A DNA stretch of 64,000 nt from Mytilus trossulus (taxonomy: Eukaryota). A program made the translations under genes and the position numbers. Location of the stretch: the NCBI RefSeq assembly GCF_036588685.1, contig NC_086375.1, forward strand, positions 16,306,001 to 16,370,000, in the 5' to 3' direction. The notes under the pieces are model-generated. The model saw only the letters and a list, made by a program, of their open reading frames with translations, ran no database searches and was not told where the DNA came from. This document shows positions 35,862 through 49,059 of this stretch, one piece after another (the stretch's first letter is position 1; each line of letters begins with the position of its first letter).

Positions 35862-37013
35862 TTTAAACTGGCGTGGATGTGATGTGATAAAGATACCAAA
35901 TAGTGAAATGCAAGCCTTATATAGTAAATCGCCCGATATGGCCTCTTCCATGTCTTGATGTTCAAGGGGAGACAAGTCTAAATAAATGCTTCCTTACATG
36001 ATAAAATAGTACATTTTTGGAAATAGCTCCCCTTTTCATTAATGGTACCTACTCTTGCAAACGGTTAACATTTCTAAGGCATTTTTCTTATATGTTTACC
36101 GTTGCCATAAACTTTTCCATAGCTTGTGACTGCGATGTTTACCGTAACCATACAAATTCTATTAAAGGTTTACCGTAGCTCAACTAGTATAAGTATACTC
36201 TGCAGTTTACCGTTTCTTCGCACGCTGAAGGTTTACCACAACAAACAACGATATTAAATCACTGTCTGAATGTTCAAGGGGATATTTGCTTCCAATTTAT
36301 TCAATGAGTTTCGGATTAGAAATGAATTCCACAGGAGACAAAACAAAAACTGTATGCTGATACGGTAAACTGGACTATAAAGTATAATACTGGGTCCTTT
36401 TATTTTGGTATTGCATCTTTCTTTACCGTACCCTCATACAATTAGTTTACCTAGAAATGTCTTTGCTCTGAGCAGATAATATCAGCAACGTCATAGTGTT
36501 TGAGGAGAAGTTATCAGCGACCGTCACAAGACGTTGTCAGGCCTACGTTTGTCAAGCGCAAACCAGTTCAAAAGAGGGGGCGAATAGTGAAAGAACGAAT
36601 ACGAGAGTATAGGTGTTCAGCCGCTCGACGCAAGGTGAAGCTCTCTGGCTCGCGGCTGATATGTTTCCGATATCAATAGACAGAAACTATGAAATCATTA
36701 CCTATCAATATCCTTATCTTGTTTCTCAAACATTTAATACAAAGAAACGGGAAACTGAAATGTTAAAGGATTGTTTGGTGATACGGTAAACTAGACTAAA
36801 AATAGTCTTAATCACTTAGCAGTGTCTCATTGATAAAACAAGAGGTATAAGATGTGCCAATCCTTAAAGGAATGTAGACCAAACGTTAACATGTGTTTAC
36901 CGTAACCGCATATCGTATTTGATCACGGTTTACCGTAACAACAGCTCAGACAAAAAAAAAGGCATCCTTGAAATCACAACATATTGTGATTTCAAGGATG
37001 CTTAATTATGTGT

Positions 37014-37751
37014 TTAAAACTGGCTCAAGGCAAGACGGACTGAGCTTGCATTAGCGCGTTTTTCAACAGAGGGTTCAAGCATAGAGGAGATGAGAGACTT
37101 TAACGTTTCGTTAGTGTTTTCTGGGAAAGAGAGGGTGTTGGAGATTTGAGATTGGACCATAGAGGTAGCGTCACTATCGGAGAATGGGAAAGCTCCGAAG
37201 AGCATGACGTAGAGCATAACTCCCATACTCCACATATCGGCTTTCATGGCGTTGTGTTCCATTCCCATAATAACTTCTGGGGCAGCGTATGGGAGGGTTC
37301 CACAAAATTCTTCAGATTCGGCAACAATATCGGACGACTTGGCAAATCCAAAGTCGGCCAATTTGACACAACCATTAGACAACAAGACGTTTTCTAATTT
37401 AATGTCATTGTGGGCGATTCCAATTGAGTGGCAGTATTCGATTGCTTTGACAACCTGAGAGAAGAGAGAGAGGGTGGCTTCAACGGACATGAGACCGTTT
37501 TTCATTATGTATTCAAAGACATCTCCGAATTCAGCGAATTCCATCAAAACGAAGGCAAATTCTTCGGCTTCGATGATTTCAATGGCTTCGACGATGTTTT
37601 CGTGTTTGAGGCTGAGAAAAGCTTCAAACTCAGTTGAGGTTTTGATGACTTTCTTTATTGCAACTTTACCGAATATTTCGCTAGAGGCAGAGAAAACTTC
37701 TTCAGTAAGAGCTACAACATTTGAGAGTCCACTGTTCATTAAAAATTCCAT
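37014..37751 (-). CDS. TSSK-like kinase copy 19
   Basis: Intact ORF, consensus. Confidence 0.9.
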   Translation of the reverse strand: MEFLMNSGLSNVVALTEEVFSASSEIFGKVAIKKVIKTSTEFEAFLSLKHENIVEAIEIIEAEEFAFVLMEFAEFGDVFEYIMKNGLMSVEATLSLFSQVVKAIEYCHSIGIAHNDIKLENVLLSNGCVKLADFGFAKSSDIVAESEEFCGTLPYAAPEVIMGMEHNAMKADMWSMGVMLYVMLFGAFPFSDSDATSMVQSQISNTLSFPENTNETLKSLISSMLEPSVEKRANASSVRLALSQF

Positions 37752-38904
37752 TTTAAACTGGCGTGGATGTGATGTGATAAAGATACCAAATAGTGAAATG
37801 CAAGCCTTATATAGTAAATCGCCCGATATGGCCTCTTCCATGTCTTGATGTTCAAGGGGAGACAAGTCTAAATAAATGCTTCCTTACATGATAAAATAGT
37901 ACATTTTTGGAAATAGCTCCCCTTTTCATTAATGGTACCTACTCTTGCAAACGGTTAACATTTCTAAGGCATTTTTCTTATATGTTTACCGTTGCCATAA
38001 ACTTTTCCATAGCTTGTGACTGCGATGTTTACCGTAACCATACAAATTCTATTAAAGGTTTACCGTAGCTCAACTAGTATAAGTATACTCTGCAGTTTAC
38101 CGTTTCTTCGCACGCTGAAGGTTTACCACAACAAACAACGATATTAAATCACTGTCTGAATGTTCAAGGGGATATTTGCTTCCAATTTATTCAATGAGTT
38201 TCGGATTAGAAATGAATTCCACAGAAGACAAACAAAAAAACTGTATGCTGATACGGTAAACTGGACTATAAAGTATAATACTGGGTCCTTTTATTTTGGT
38301 ATTGCATCTTTCTTTACCGTACCCTCATACAATTAGTTTACCTAGAAATGTCTTTGCTCTGAGCAGATAATATCAGCAACGTCATAGTGTTTGACGAGAA
38401 GTTATCAGCGACCGTCACAAGACGTTGTCAGGCCTACGTTTGTCAAGCGCAAACCAGTTCAAAAGAGGGGGCGAATAGTGAAAGAACGAATACGAGAGTA
38501 TAGGTGTTCAGCCGCTCGACGCAAGGTGAAGCTCTCTGGCTCGCGGCTGATATGTTTCCGATATCAATAGACAGAAACTATGAAATCATTACCTATCAAT
38601 ATCCTTATCTTGTTTCTCAAACATTTAATACAAAGAAACGGGAAACTGAAATGTTAAAGGATTGTTTGGTGATACGGTAAACTAGACTAAAAATAGTCTT
38701 AATCACTTAGCAGTGTCTCATTGATAAAACAAGAGGTATAAGATGTGCCAATCCTTAAAGGAATGTAGACCAAACGTTAACATGTGTTTACCGTAACCGC
38801 ATATCGTATTTGATCACGGTTTACCGTAACAACAGCTCAGACAAAAAAAAAGGCATCCTTGAAATCACAACATATTGTGATTTCAAGGATGCTTAATTAT
38901 GTGT

Positions 38905-39642
38905 TTAAAACTGGCTCAAGGCAAGACGGACTGAGCTTGCATTAGCGCGTTTTTCAACAGAGGGTTCAAGCATAGAGGAGATGAGAGACTTTAACGTTTC
39001 GTTAGTGTTTTCTGGGAAAGAGAGGGTGTTGGAGATTTGAGATTGGACCATAGAGGTAGCGTCACTATCGGAGAATGGGAAAGCTCCGAAGAGCATGACG
39101 TAGAGCATAACTCCCATACTCCACATATCGGCTTTCATGGCGTTGTGTTCCATTCCCATAATAACTTCTGGGGCAGCGTATGGGAGGGTTCCACAAAATT
39201 CTTCAGATTCGGCAACAATATCGGACGACTTGGCAAATCCAAAGTCGGCCAATTTGACACAACCATTAGACAACAAGACGTTTTCTAATTTAATGTCATT
39301 GTGGGCGATTCCAATTGAGTGGCAGTATTCGATTGCTTTGACAACCTGAGAGAAGAGAGAGAGGGTGGCTTCAACGGACATGAGACCGTTTTTCATTATG
39401 TATTCAAAGACATCTCCGAATTCAGCGAATTCCATCAAAACGAAGGCAAATTCTTCGGCTTCGATGATTTCAATGGCTTCGACGATGTTTTCGTGTTTGA
39501 GGCTGAGAAAAGCTTCAAACTCAGTTGAGGTTTTGATGACTTTCTTTATTGCAACTTTACCGAATATTTCGCTAGAGGCAGAGAAAACTTCTTCAGTAAG
39601 AGCTACAACATTTGAGAGTCCACTGTTCATTAAAAATTCCAT
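38905..39642 (-). CDS. TSSK-like kinase copy 20
   Basis: Intact ORF, consensus. Confidence 0.9.
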   Translation of the reverse strand: MEFLMNSGLSNVVALTEEVFSASSEIFGKVAIKKVIKTSTEFEAFLSLKHENIVEAIEIIEAEEFAFVLMEFAEFGDVFEYIMKNGLMSVEATLSLFSQVVKAIEYCHSIGIAHNDIKLENVLLSNGCVKLADFGFAKSSDIVAESEEFCGTLPYAAPEVIMGMEHNAMKADMWSMGVMLYVMLFGAFPFSDSDATSMVQSQISNTLSFPENTNETLKSLISSMLEPSVEKRANASSVRLALSQF

Positions 39643-40793
39643 TTTAAACTGGCGTGGATGTGATGTGATAAAGATACCAAATAGTGAAATGCAAGCCTTA
39701 TATAGTAAATCGCCCGATATGGCCTCTTCCATGTCTTGATGTTCAAGGGGAGACAAGTCTAAATAAATGCTTCCTTACATGATAAAATAGTACATTTTTG
39801 GAAATAGCTCCCCTTTTCATTAATGGTACCTACTCTTGCAAACGGTTAACATTTCTAAGGCATTTTTCTTATATGTTTACCGTTGCCATAAACTTTTCCA
39901 TAGCTTGTGACTGCGATGTTTACCGTAACCATACAAATTCTATTAAAGGTTTACCGTAGCTCAACTAGTATAAGTATACTCTGCAGTTTACCGTTTCTTC
40001 GCACGCTGAAGGTTTACCACAACAAACAACGATATTAAATCACTGTCTGAATGTTCAAGGGGATATTTGCTTCCAATTTATTCAATGAGTTTCGGATTAG
40101 AAATGAATTCCACAGAAGACAAAAAAAAAACTGTATGCTGATACGGTAAACTGGACTATAAAGTATAATACTGGGTCCTTTTATTTTGGTATTGCATCTT
40201 TCTTTACCGTACCCTCATACAATTAGTTTACCTAGAAATGTCTTTGCTCTGAGCAGATAATATCAGCAACGTCATAGTGTTTGAGGAGAAGTTATCAGCG
40301 ACCGTCACAAGACGTTGTCAGGCCTACGTTTGTCAAGCGCAAACCAGTTCAAAAGAGGGGGCGAATAGTGAAAGAACGAATACGAGAGTATAGGTGTTCA
40401 GCCGCTCGACGCAAGGTGAAGCTCTCTGGCTCGCGGCTGATATGTTTCCGATATCAATAGACAGAAACTATGAAATCATTACCTATCAATATCCTTATCT
40501 TGTTTCTCAAACATTTAATACAAAGAAACGGGAAACTGAAATGTTAAAGGATTGTTTGGTGATACGGTAAACTAGACTAAAAATAGTCTTAATCACTTAG
40601 CAGTGTCTCATTGATAAAACAAGAGGTATAAGATGTGCCAATCCTTAAAGGAATGTAGACCAAACGTTAACATGTGTTTACCGTAACCGCATATCGTATT
40701 TGATCACGGTTTACCGTAACAACAGCTCAGACAAAAAAAAGGCATCCTTGAAATCACAACATATTGTGATTTCAAGGATGCTTAATTATGTGT

Positions 40794-41513
40794 TTAAAAC
40801 TGGCTCAAGGCAAGACGGACTGAGCTTGCATTAGCGCGTTTTTCAACAGAGGGTTCAAGCATAGAGGAGATGAGAGACTTTAACGTTTCGTTAGTGTTTT
40901 CTGGGAAAGAGAGGGTGTTGGAGATTTGAGATTGGACCATAGAGGTAGCGTCACTATCGGAGAATGGGAAAGCTCCGAAGAGCATGACGTAGAGCATAAC
41001 TCCCATACTCCACATATCGGCTTTCATGGCGTTGTGTTCCATTCCCATAATAACTTCTGGGGCAGCGTATGGGAGGGTTCCACAAAATTCTTCAGATTCG
41101 GCAACAATATCGGACGACTTGGCAAATCCAAAGTCGGCCAATTTGACACAACCATTAGACAACAAGACGTTTTCTAATTTAATGTCATTGTGGGCGATTC
41201 CAATTGAGTGGCAGTATTCGATTGCTTTGACAACCTGAGAGAAGAGAGAGAGGGTGGCTTCAACGGACATGAGACCGTTTTTCATTATGTATTCAAAGAC
41301 ATCTCCGAATTCAGCGAATTCCATCAAAACGAAGGCAAATTCTTCGGCTTCGATGATTTCAATGGCTTCGACGATGTTTTCGTGTTTGAGGCTGAGAAAA
41401 GCTTCAAACTCAGTTGAGGTTTTGATGACTTTCTTTATTTCGCTAGAGGCAGAGAAAACTTCTTCAGTAAGAGCTACAACATTTGAGAGTCCACTGTTCA
41501 TTAAAAATTCCAT
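40794..41513 (-). CDS. TSSK-like kinase copy 21 with in-frame 6-aa deletion (FGKVAI); probably inactive
   Basis: 18-bp deletion at ~41436-41439 between TATT direct repeats; the protein reads SSEIKKV. Confidence 0.75.
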   Translation of the reverse strand: MEFLMNSGLSNVVALTEEVFSASSEIKKVIKTSTEFEAFLSLKHENIVEAIEIIEAEEFAFVLMEFAEFGDVFEYIMKNGLMSVEATLSLFSQVVKAIEYCHSIGIAHNDIKLENVLLSNGCVKLADFGFAKSSDIVAESEEFCGTLPYAAPEVIMGMEHNAMKADMWSMGVMLYVMLFGAFPFSDSDATSMVQSQISNTLSFPENTNETLKSLISSMLEPSVEKRANASSVRLALSQF

Positions 41514-42645
41514 TTTAAACTGGCGTGGATGTGATGTGATAAAGATACCAAATAGTGAAATGCAAGCCTTATATAGTAAATCGCCCGATATGGCCTCTTC
41601 CATGTCTTGATGTTCAAGGGGAGACAAGTCTAAATAAATGCTTCCTTACATGATAAAATAGTACATTTTTGGAAATAGCTCCCCTTTTCATTAATGGTAC
41701 CTACTCTTGCAAACGGTTAACATTTCTAAGGCATTTTTCTTATATGTTTACCGTTGCCATAAACTTTTCCATAGCTTGTGACTGCGATGTTTACCGTAAC
41801 CATACAAATTCTATTAAAGGTTTACCGTAGCTCAACTAGTATAAGTATACTCTGCAGTTTACCGTTTCTTCGCACGCTGAAGGTTTACCACAACAAACAA
41901 CGATATTAAATCACTGTCTGAATGTTCAAGGGGATATTTGCTTCCAATTTATTCAATGAGTTTCGGATTAGAAATGAATTCCACAGAAGACAAAAAAAAA
42001 ACTGTATGCTGATACGGTAAACTGGACTATAAAGTATAATACTGGGTCCTTTTATTTTGGTATTGCATCTTTCTTTACCGTACCCTCATACAATTAGTTT
42101 ACCTAGAAATGTCTTTGCTCTGAGCAGATAATATCAGCAACGTCATAGTGTTTGAGGAGAAGTTATCAGCGACCGTCACAAGACGTTGTCAGGCCTACGT
42201 TTGTCAAGCGCAAACCAGTTCAAAAGAGGGGGCGAATAGTGAAAGAACGAATACGAGAGTATAGGTGTTCAGCCGCTCGACGCAAGGTGAAGCTCTCTGG
42301 CTCGCGGCTGATATGTTTCCGATATCAATAGACAGAAACTATGAAATCATTACCTATCAATATCCTTATCTTGTTTCTCAAACATTTAATACAAAGAAAC
42401 GGGAAACTGAAATGTTAAAGGATTGTTTGGTGATACGGTAAACTAGACTAAAAATAGTCTTAATCACTTAGCAGTGTCTCATTGATAAAACAAGAGGTAT
42501 AAGATGTGCCAATCCTTAAAGGAATGTAGACCAAACGTTAACATGTGTTTACCGTAACCGCATATCGTATTTGATCACGGTTTACCGTAACAACAGCTCA
42601 GACAAAAAAAAAAGGCATCCTTGAAATCACAACATATTGTGATTT

Positions 42646-43383
42646 TTAAAACTGGCTCAAGGCAAGACGGACTGAGCTTGCATTAGCGCGTTTTTCAACA
42701 GAGGGTTCAAGCATAGAGGAGATGAGAGACTTTAACGTTTCGTTAGTGTTTTCTGGGAAAGAGAGGGCGTTGGAGATTTGAGATTGGACCATAGAGGTAG
42801 CGTCACTATCGGAGAATGGGAAAGCTCCGAAGAGCATGACGTAGAGCATAACTCCCATACTCCACATATCGGCTTTCATGGCGTTGTGTTCCATTCCCAT
42901 AATAACTTCTGGGGCAGCGTATGGAAGGGTTCCACAAAATTCTTCAGATTCGGCAACAATATCGGACGACTTGGCAAATCCAAAGTCGGCCAATTTGACA
43001 CAACCATTAGACAACAAGACGTTTTCTAATTTAATGTCATTGTGGGCGATTCCAATTGAGTGGCAGTATTCGATTGCTTTGACAACCTGAGAGAAGAGAG
43101 AGAGGGTGGCTTCAACGGACATGAGACCGTTTTTCATTATGTATTCAAAGACATCTCCGAATTCAGCGAATTCCATCAAAACGAAGGCAAATTCTTCGGC
43201 TTCGATGATTTCAATGGCTTCGACGATGTTTTCGTGTTTGAGGCTGAGAAAAGCTTCAAACTCAGTTGAGGTTTTGATGACTTTCTTTATTGCAACTTTA
43301 CCGAATATTTCGCTAGAGGCAGAGAAAACTTCTTCAGTAAGAGCTACAACATTTGAGAGTCCACTGTTCATTAAAAATTCCAT
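42646..43383 (-). CDS. TSSK-like kinase copy 22 (T244A; 21-bp deletion directly after the stop)
   Basis: Intact ORF; also carries a synonymous L191 change. Confidence 0.88.
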   Translation of the reverse strand: MEFLMNSGLSNVVALTEEVFSASSEIFGKVAIKKVIKTSTEFEAFLSLKHENIVEAIEIIEAEEFAFVLMEFAEFGDVFEYIMKNGLMSVEATLSLFSQVVKAIEYCHSIGIAHNDIKLENVLLSNGCVKLADFGFAKSSDIVAESEEFCGTLPYAAPEVIMGMEHNAMKADMWSMGVMLYVMLFGAFPFSDSDATSMVQSQISNALSFPENTNETLKSLISSMLEPSVEKRANASSVRLALSQF

Positions 43384-44537
43384 TTTAAACTGGCGTGGAT
43401 GTGATGTGATAAAGATACCAAATAGTGAAATGCAAGCCTTATATAGTAAATCGCCCGATATGGCCTCTTCCATGTCTTGATGTTCAAGGGGAGACAAGTC
43501 TAAATAAATGCTTCCTTACATGATTAAATAGTACATTTTTGGAAATAGCTCCCCTTTTCATTAATGGTACCTACTCTTGCAAACGGTTAACATTTCTAAG
43601 CCATTTTTCTTATATGTTTACCGTTGCCATAAACTTTTCCATAGCTTGTGACTGCGATGTTTACCGTAACCATACAAATTCTATTAAAGGTTTACCGTAG
43701 CTCAACTAGTATAAGTATACTCTGCAGTTTACCGTTTCTTCGCACGCTGAAGGTTTACCACAACAAACAACGATATTAAATCACTGTCTGAATGTTCAAG
43801 GGGATATTTGCTTCCAATTTATTCAATGAGTTTCGGATTAGAAATGAATTCCACAGAAGACAAACAAAAAAACTGTATGCTGATACGGTAAACTGGACTA
43901 TAAAGTATAATACTGGGTCCTTTTATTTTGGTATTGCATCTTTCTTTACCGTACCCTCATACAATTAGTTTACCTAGAAATGTCTTTGCTCTGAGCAGAT
44001 AATATCAGCAACGTCATAGTGTTTGAGGAGAAGTTATCAGCGACCGTCACAAGACGTTGTCAGGCCTACGTTTGTCAAGCGCAAACCAGTTCAAAAGAGG
44101 GGGCGAATAGTGAAAGAACGAATACGAGAGTATAGGTGTTCAGCCGCTCGACGCAAGGTGAAGCTCTCTGGCTCGCGGCTGATATGTTTCCGATATCAAT
44201 AGACAGAAACTATGAAATCATTACCTATCAATATCCTTATCTTGTTTCTCAAACATTTAATACAAAGAAACGGGAAACTGAAATGTTAAAGGATTGTTTG
44301 GTGATACGGTAAACTAGACTAAAAATAGTCTTAATCACTTAGCAGTGTCTCATTGATAAAACAAGAGGTATAAGATGTGCCAATCCTTAAAGGAATGTAG
44401 ACCAAACGTTAACATGTGTTTACCGTAACCGCATATCGTATTTGATCACGGTTTACCGTAACAACAGCTCAGACAAAAAAAAAAGGCATCCTTGAAATCA
44501 CAACATATTGTGATTTCAAGGATGCTTAATTATGTGT

Positions 44538-45275
44538 TTAAAACTGGCTCAAGGCAAGACGGACTGAGCTTGCATTAGCGCGTTTTTCAACAGAGGGTTC
44601 AAGCATAGAGGAGATGAGAGACTTTAACGTTTCGTTAGTGTTTTCTGGGAAAGAGAGGGTGTTGGAGATTTGAGATTGGACCATAGAGGTAGCGTCACTA
44701 TCGGAGAATGGGAAAGCTCCGAAGAGCATGACGTAGAGCATAACTCCCATACTCCACATATCGGCTTTCATGGCGTTGTGTTCCATTCCCATAATAACTT
44801 CTGGGGCAGCGTATGGGAGGGTTCCACAAAATTCTTCAGATTCGGCAACAATATCGGACGACTTGGCAAATCCAAAGTCGGCCAATTTGACACAACCATT
44901 AGACAACAAGACGTTTTCTAATTTAATGTCATTGTGGGCGATTCCAATTGAGTGGCAGTATTCGATTGCTTTGACAACCTGAGAGAAGAGAGAGAGGGTG
45001 GCTTCAACGGACATGAGACCGTTTTTCATTATGTATTCAAAGACATCTCCGAATTCAGCGAATTCCATCAAAACGAAGGCAAATTCTTCGGCTTCGATGA
45101 ATTCAATGGCTTCGACGATGTTTTCGTGTTTGAGGCTGAGAAAAGCTTCAAACTCAGTTGAGGTTTTGATGACTTTCTTTATTGCAACTTTACCGAATAT
45201 TTCGCTAGAGGCAGAGAAAACTTCTTCAGTAAGAGCTACAACATTTGAGAGTCCACTGTTCATTAAAAATTCCAT
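44538..45275 (-). CDS. TSSK-like kinase copy 23 (I97F)
   Basis: Intact ORF. Confidence 0.9.
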   Translation of the reverse strand: MEFLMNSGLSNVVALTEEVFSASSEIFGKVAIKKVIKTSTEFEAFLSLKHENIVEAIEFIEAEEFAFVLMEFAEFGDVFEYIMKNGLMSVEATLSLFSQVVKAIEYCHSIGIAHNDIKLENVLLSNGCVKLADFGFAKSSDIVAESEEFCGTLPYAAPEVIMGMEHNAMKADMWSMGVMLYVMLFGAFPFSDSDATSMVQSQISNTLSFPENTNETLKSLISSMLEPSVEKRANASSVRLALSQF

Positions 45276-46429
45276 TTTAAACTGGCGTGGATGTGATGTG
45301 ATAAAGATACCAAATAGTGAAATGCAAGCCTTATATAGTAAATCGCCCGATATGGCCTCTTCCATGTCTTGATGTTCAAGGGGAGACAAGTCTAAATAAA
45401 TGCTTCCTTACATGATAAAATAGTACATTTTTGGAAATAGCTCCCCTTTTCATTAATGGTACCTACTCTTGCAAACGGTTAACATTTCTAAGGCATTTTT
45501 CTTATATGTTTACCGTTGCCATAAACTTTTCCATAGCTTGTGACTGCGATGTTTACCGTAACCATACAAATTCTATTAAAGGTTTACCGTAGCTCAACTA
45601 GTATAAGTATACTCTGCAGTTTACCGTTTCTTCGCACGCTGAAGGTTTACCACAACAAACAACGATATTAAATCACTGTCTGAATGTTCAAGGGGATATT
45701 TGCTTCCAATTTATTCAATGAGTTTCGGATTAGAAATGAATTCCACAGAAGACAAAAAAAAAAACTGTATGCTGATACGGTAAACTGGACTATAAAGTAT
45801 AATACTGGGTCCTTTTATTTTGGTATTGCATCTTTCTTTACCGTACCCTCATACAATTAGTTTACCTAGAAATGTCTTTGCTCTGAGCAGATAATATCAG
45901 CAACGTCATAGTGTTTGAGGAGAAGTTATCAGCGACCGTCACAAGACGTTGTCAGGCCTACGTTTGTCAAGCGCAAACCAGTTCAAAAGAGGGGGCGAAT
46001 AGTGAAAGAACGAATACGAGAGTATAGGTGTTCAGCCGCTCGACGCAAGGTGAAGCTCTCTGGCTCGCGGCTGATATGTTTCCGATATCAATAGACAGAA
46101 ACTATGAAATCATTACCTATCAATATCCTTATCTTGTTTCTCAAACATTTAATACAAAGAAACGGGAAACTGAAATGTTAAAGGATTGTTTGGTGATACG
46201 GTAAACTAGACTAAAAATAGTCTTAATCACTTAGCAGTGTCTCATTGATAAAACAAGAGGTATAAGATGTGCCAATCCTTAAAGGAATGTAGACCAAACG
46301 TTAACATGTGTTTACCGTAACCGCATATCGTATTTGATCACGGTTTACCGTAACAACAGCTCAGACAAAAAAAAAAGGCATCCTTGAAATCACAACATAT
46401 TGTGATTTCAAGGATGCTTAATTCTGTGT

Positions 46430-47167
46430 TTAAAACTGGCTCAAGGCAAGACGGACTGAGCTTGCATTAGCGCGTTTTTCAACAGAGGGTTCAAGCATAG
46501 AGGAGATGAGAGACTTTAACGTTTCGTTAGTGTTTTCTGGGAAAGAGAGGGTGTTGGAGATTTGAGATTGGACCATAGAGGTAGCGTCACTATCGGAGAA
46601 TGGGAAAGCTCCGAAGAGCATGACGTAGAGCATAACTCCCATACTCCACATATCGGCTTTCATGGCGTTGTGTTCCATTCCCATAATAACTTCTGGGGCA
46701 GCGTATGGGAGGGTTCCACAAAATTCTTCAGATTCGGCAACAATATCGGACGACTTGGCAAATCCAAAGTCGGCCAATTTGACACAACCATTAGACAACA
46801 AGACGTTTTCTAATTTAATGTCATTGTGGGCGATTCCAATTGAGTGGCAGTATTCGATTGCTTTGACAACCTGAGAGAAGAGAGAGAGGGTGGCTTCAAC
46901 GGACATGAGACCGTTTTTCATTATGTATTCAAAGACATCTCCGAATTCAGCGAATTCCATCAAAACGAAGGCAAATTCTTCGGCTTCGATGAATTCAATG
47001 GCTTCGACGATGTTTTCGTGTTTGAGGCTGAGAAAAGCTTCAAACTCAGTTGAGGTTTTGATGACTTTCTTTATTGCAACTTTACCGAATATTTCGCTAG
47101 AGGCAGAGAAAACTTCTTCAGTAAGAGCTACAACATTTGAGAGTCCACTGTTCATTAAAAATTCCAT
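46430..47167 (-). CDS. TSSK-like kinase copy 24 (I97F)
   Basis: Intact ORF. Confidence 0.9.
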   Translation of the reverse strand: MEFLMNSGLSNVVALTEEVFSASSEIFGKVAIKKVIKTSTEFEAFLSLKHENIVEAIEFIEAEEFAFVLMEFAEFGDVFEYIMKNGLMSVEATLSLFSQVVKAIEYCHSIGIAHNDIKLENVLLSNGCVKLADFGFAKSSDIVAESEEFCGTLPYAAPEVIMGMEHNAMKADMWSMGVMLYVMLFGAFPFSDSDATSMVQSQISNTLSFPENTNETLKSLISSMLEPSVEKRANASSVRLALSQF

Positions 47168-48321
47168 TTTAAACTGGCGTGGATGTGATGTGATAAAGAT
47201 ACCAAATAGTGAAATGCAAGCCTTATATAGTAAATCGCCCGATATGGCCTCTTCCATGTCTTGATGTTCAAGGGGAGACAAGTCTAAATAAATGCTTCCT
47301 TACATGATAAAATAGTACATTTTTGGAAATAGCTCCCCTTTTCATTAATGGTACCTACTCTTGCAAACGGTTAACATTTCTAAGGCATTTTTCTTATATG
47401 TTTACCGTTGCCATAAACTTTTCCATAGCTTGTGACTGCGATGTTTACCGTAACCATACAAATTCTATTAAAGGTTTACCGTAGCTCAACTAGTATAAGT
47501 ATACTCTGCAGTTTACCGTTTCTTCGCACGCTGAAGGTTTACCACAACAAACAACGATATTAAATCACTGTCTGAATGTTCAAGGGGATATTTGCTTCCA
47601 ATTTATTCAATGAGTTTCGGATTAGAAATGAATTCCACAGAAGACAAAAAAAAAAACTGTATGCTGATACGGTAAACTGGACTATAAAGTATAATACTGG
47701 GTCCTTTTATTTTGGTATTGCATCTTTCTTTACCGTACCCTCATACAATTAGTTTACCTAGAAATGTCTTTGCTCTGAGCAGATAATATCAGCAACGTCA
47801 TAGTGTTTGAGGAGAAGTTATCAGCGACCGTCACAAGACGTTGTCAGGCCTACGTTTGTCAAGCGCAAACCAGTTCAAAAGAGGGGGCGAATAGTGAAAG
47901 AACGAATACGAGAGTATAGGTGTTCAGCCGCTCGACGCAAGGTGAAGCTCTCTGGCTCGCGGCTGATATGTTTCCGATATCAATAGACAGAAACTATGAA
48001 ATCATTACCTATCAATATCCTTATCTTGTTTCTCAAACATTTAATACAAAGAAACGGGAAACTGAAATGTTAAAGGATTGTTTGGTGATACGGTAAACTA
48101 GACTAAAAATAGTCTTAATCACTTAGCAGTGTCTCATTGATAAAACAAGAGGTATAAGATGTGCCAATCCTTAAAGGAATGTAGACCAAACGTTAACATG
48201 TGTTTACCGTAACCGCATATCGTATTTGATCACGGTTTACCGTAACAACAGCTCAGACAAAAAAAAAAGGCATCCTTGAAATCACAACATATTGTGATTT
48301 CAAGGATGCTTAATTCTGTGT

Positions 48322-49059
48322 TTAAAACTGGCTCAAGGCAAGACGGACTGAGCTTGCATTAGCGCGTTTTTCAACAGAGGGTTCAAGCATAGAGGAGATG
48401 AGAGACTTTAACGTTTCGTTAGTGTTTTCTGGGAAAGAGAGGGTGTTGGAGATTTGAGATTGGACCATAGAGGTAGCGTCACTATCGGAGAATGGGAAAG
48501 CTCCGAAGAGCATGACGTAGAGCATAACTCCCATACTCCACATATCGGCTTTCATGGCGTTGTGTTCCATTCCCATAATAACTTCTGGGGCAGCGTATGG
48601 GAGGGTTCCACAAAATTCTTCAGATTCGGCAACAATATCGGACGACTTGGCAAATCCAAAGTCGGCCAATTTGACACAACCATTAGACAACAAGACGTTT
48701 TCTAATTTAATGTCATTGTGGGCGATTCCAATTGAGTGGCAGTATTCGATTGCTTTGACAACCTGAGAGAAGAGAGAGAGGGTGGCTTCAACGGACATGA
48801 GACCGTTTTTCATTATGTATTCAAAGACATCTCCGAATTCAGCGAATTCCATCAAAACGAAGGCAAATTCTTCGGCTTCGATGATTTCAATGGCTTCGAC
48901 GATGTTTTCGTGTTTGAGGCTGAGAAAAGCTTCAAACTCAGTTGAGGTTTTGATGACTTTCTTTATTGCAACTTTACCGAATATTTCGCTAGAGGCAGAG
49001 AAAACTTCTTCAGTAAGAGCTACAACATTTGAGAGTCCACTGTTCATTAAAAATTCCAT
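48322..49059 (-). CDS. TSSK-like kinase copy 25
   Basis: Intact ORF, consensus. Confidence 0.9.
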   Translation of the reverse strand: MEFLMNSGLSNVVALTEEVFSASSEIFGKVAIKKVIKTSTEFEAFLSLKHENIVEAIEIIEAEEFAFVLMEFAEFGDVFEYIMKNGLMSVEATLSLFSQVVKAIEYCHSIGIAHNDIKLENVLLSNGCVKLADFGFAKSSDIVAESEEFCGTLPYAAPEVIMGMEHNAMKADMWSMGVMLYVMLFGAFPFSDSDATSMVQSQISNTLSFPENTNETLKSLISSMLEPSVEKRANASSVRLALSQF

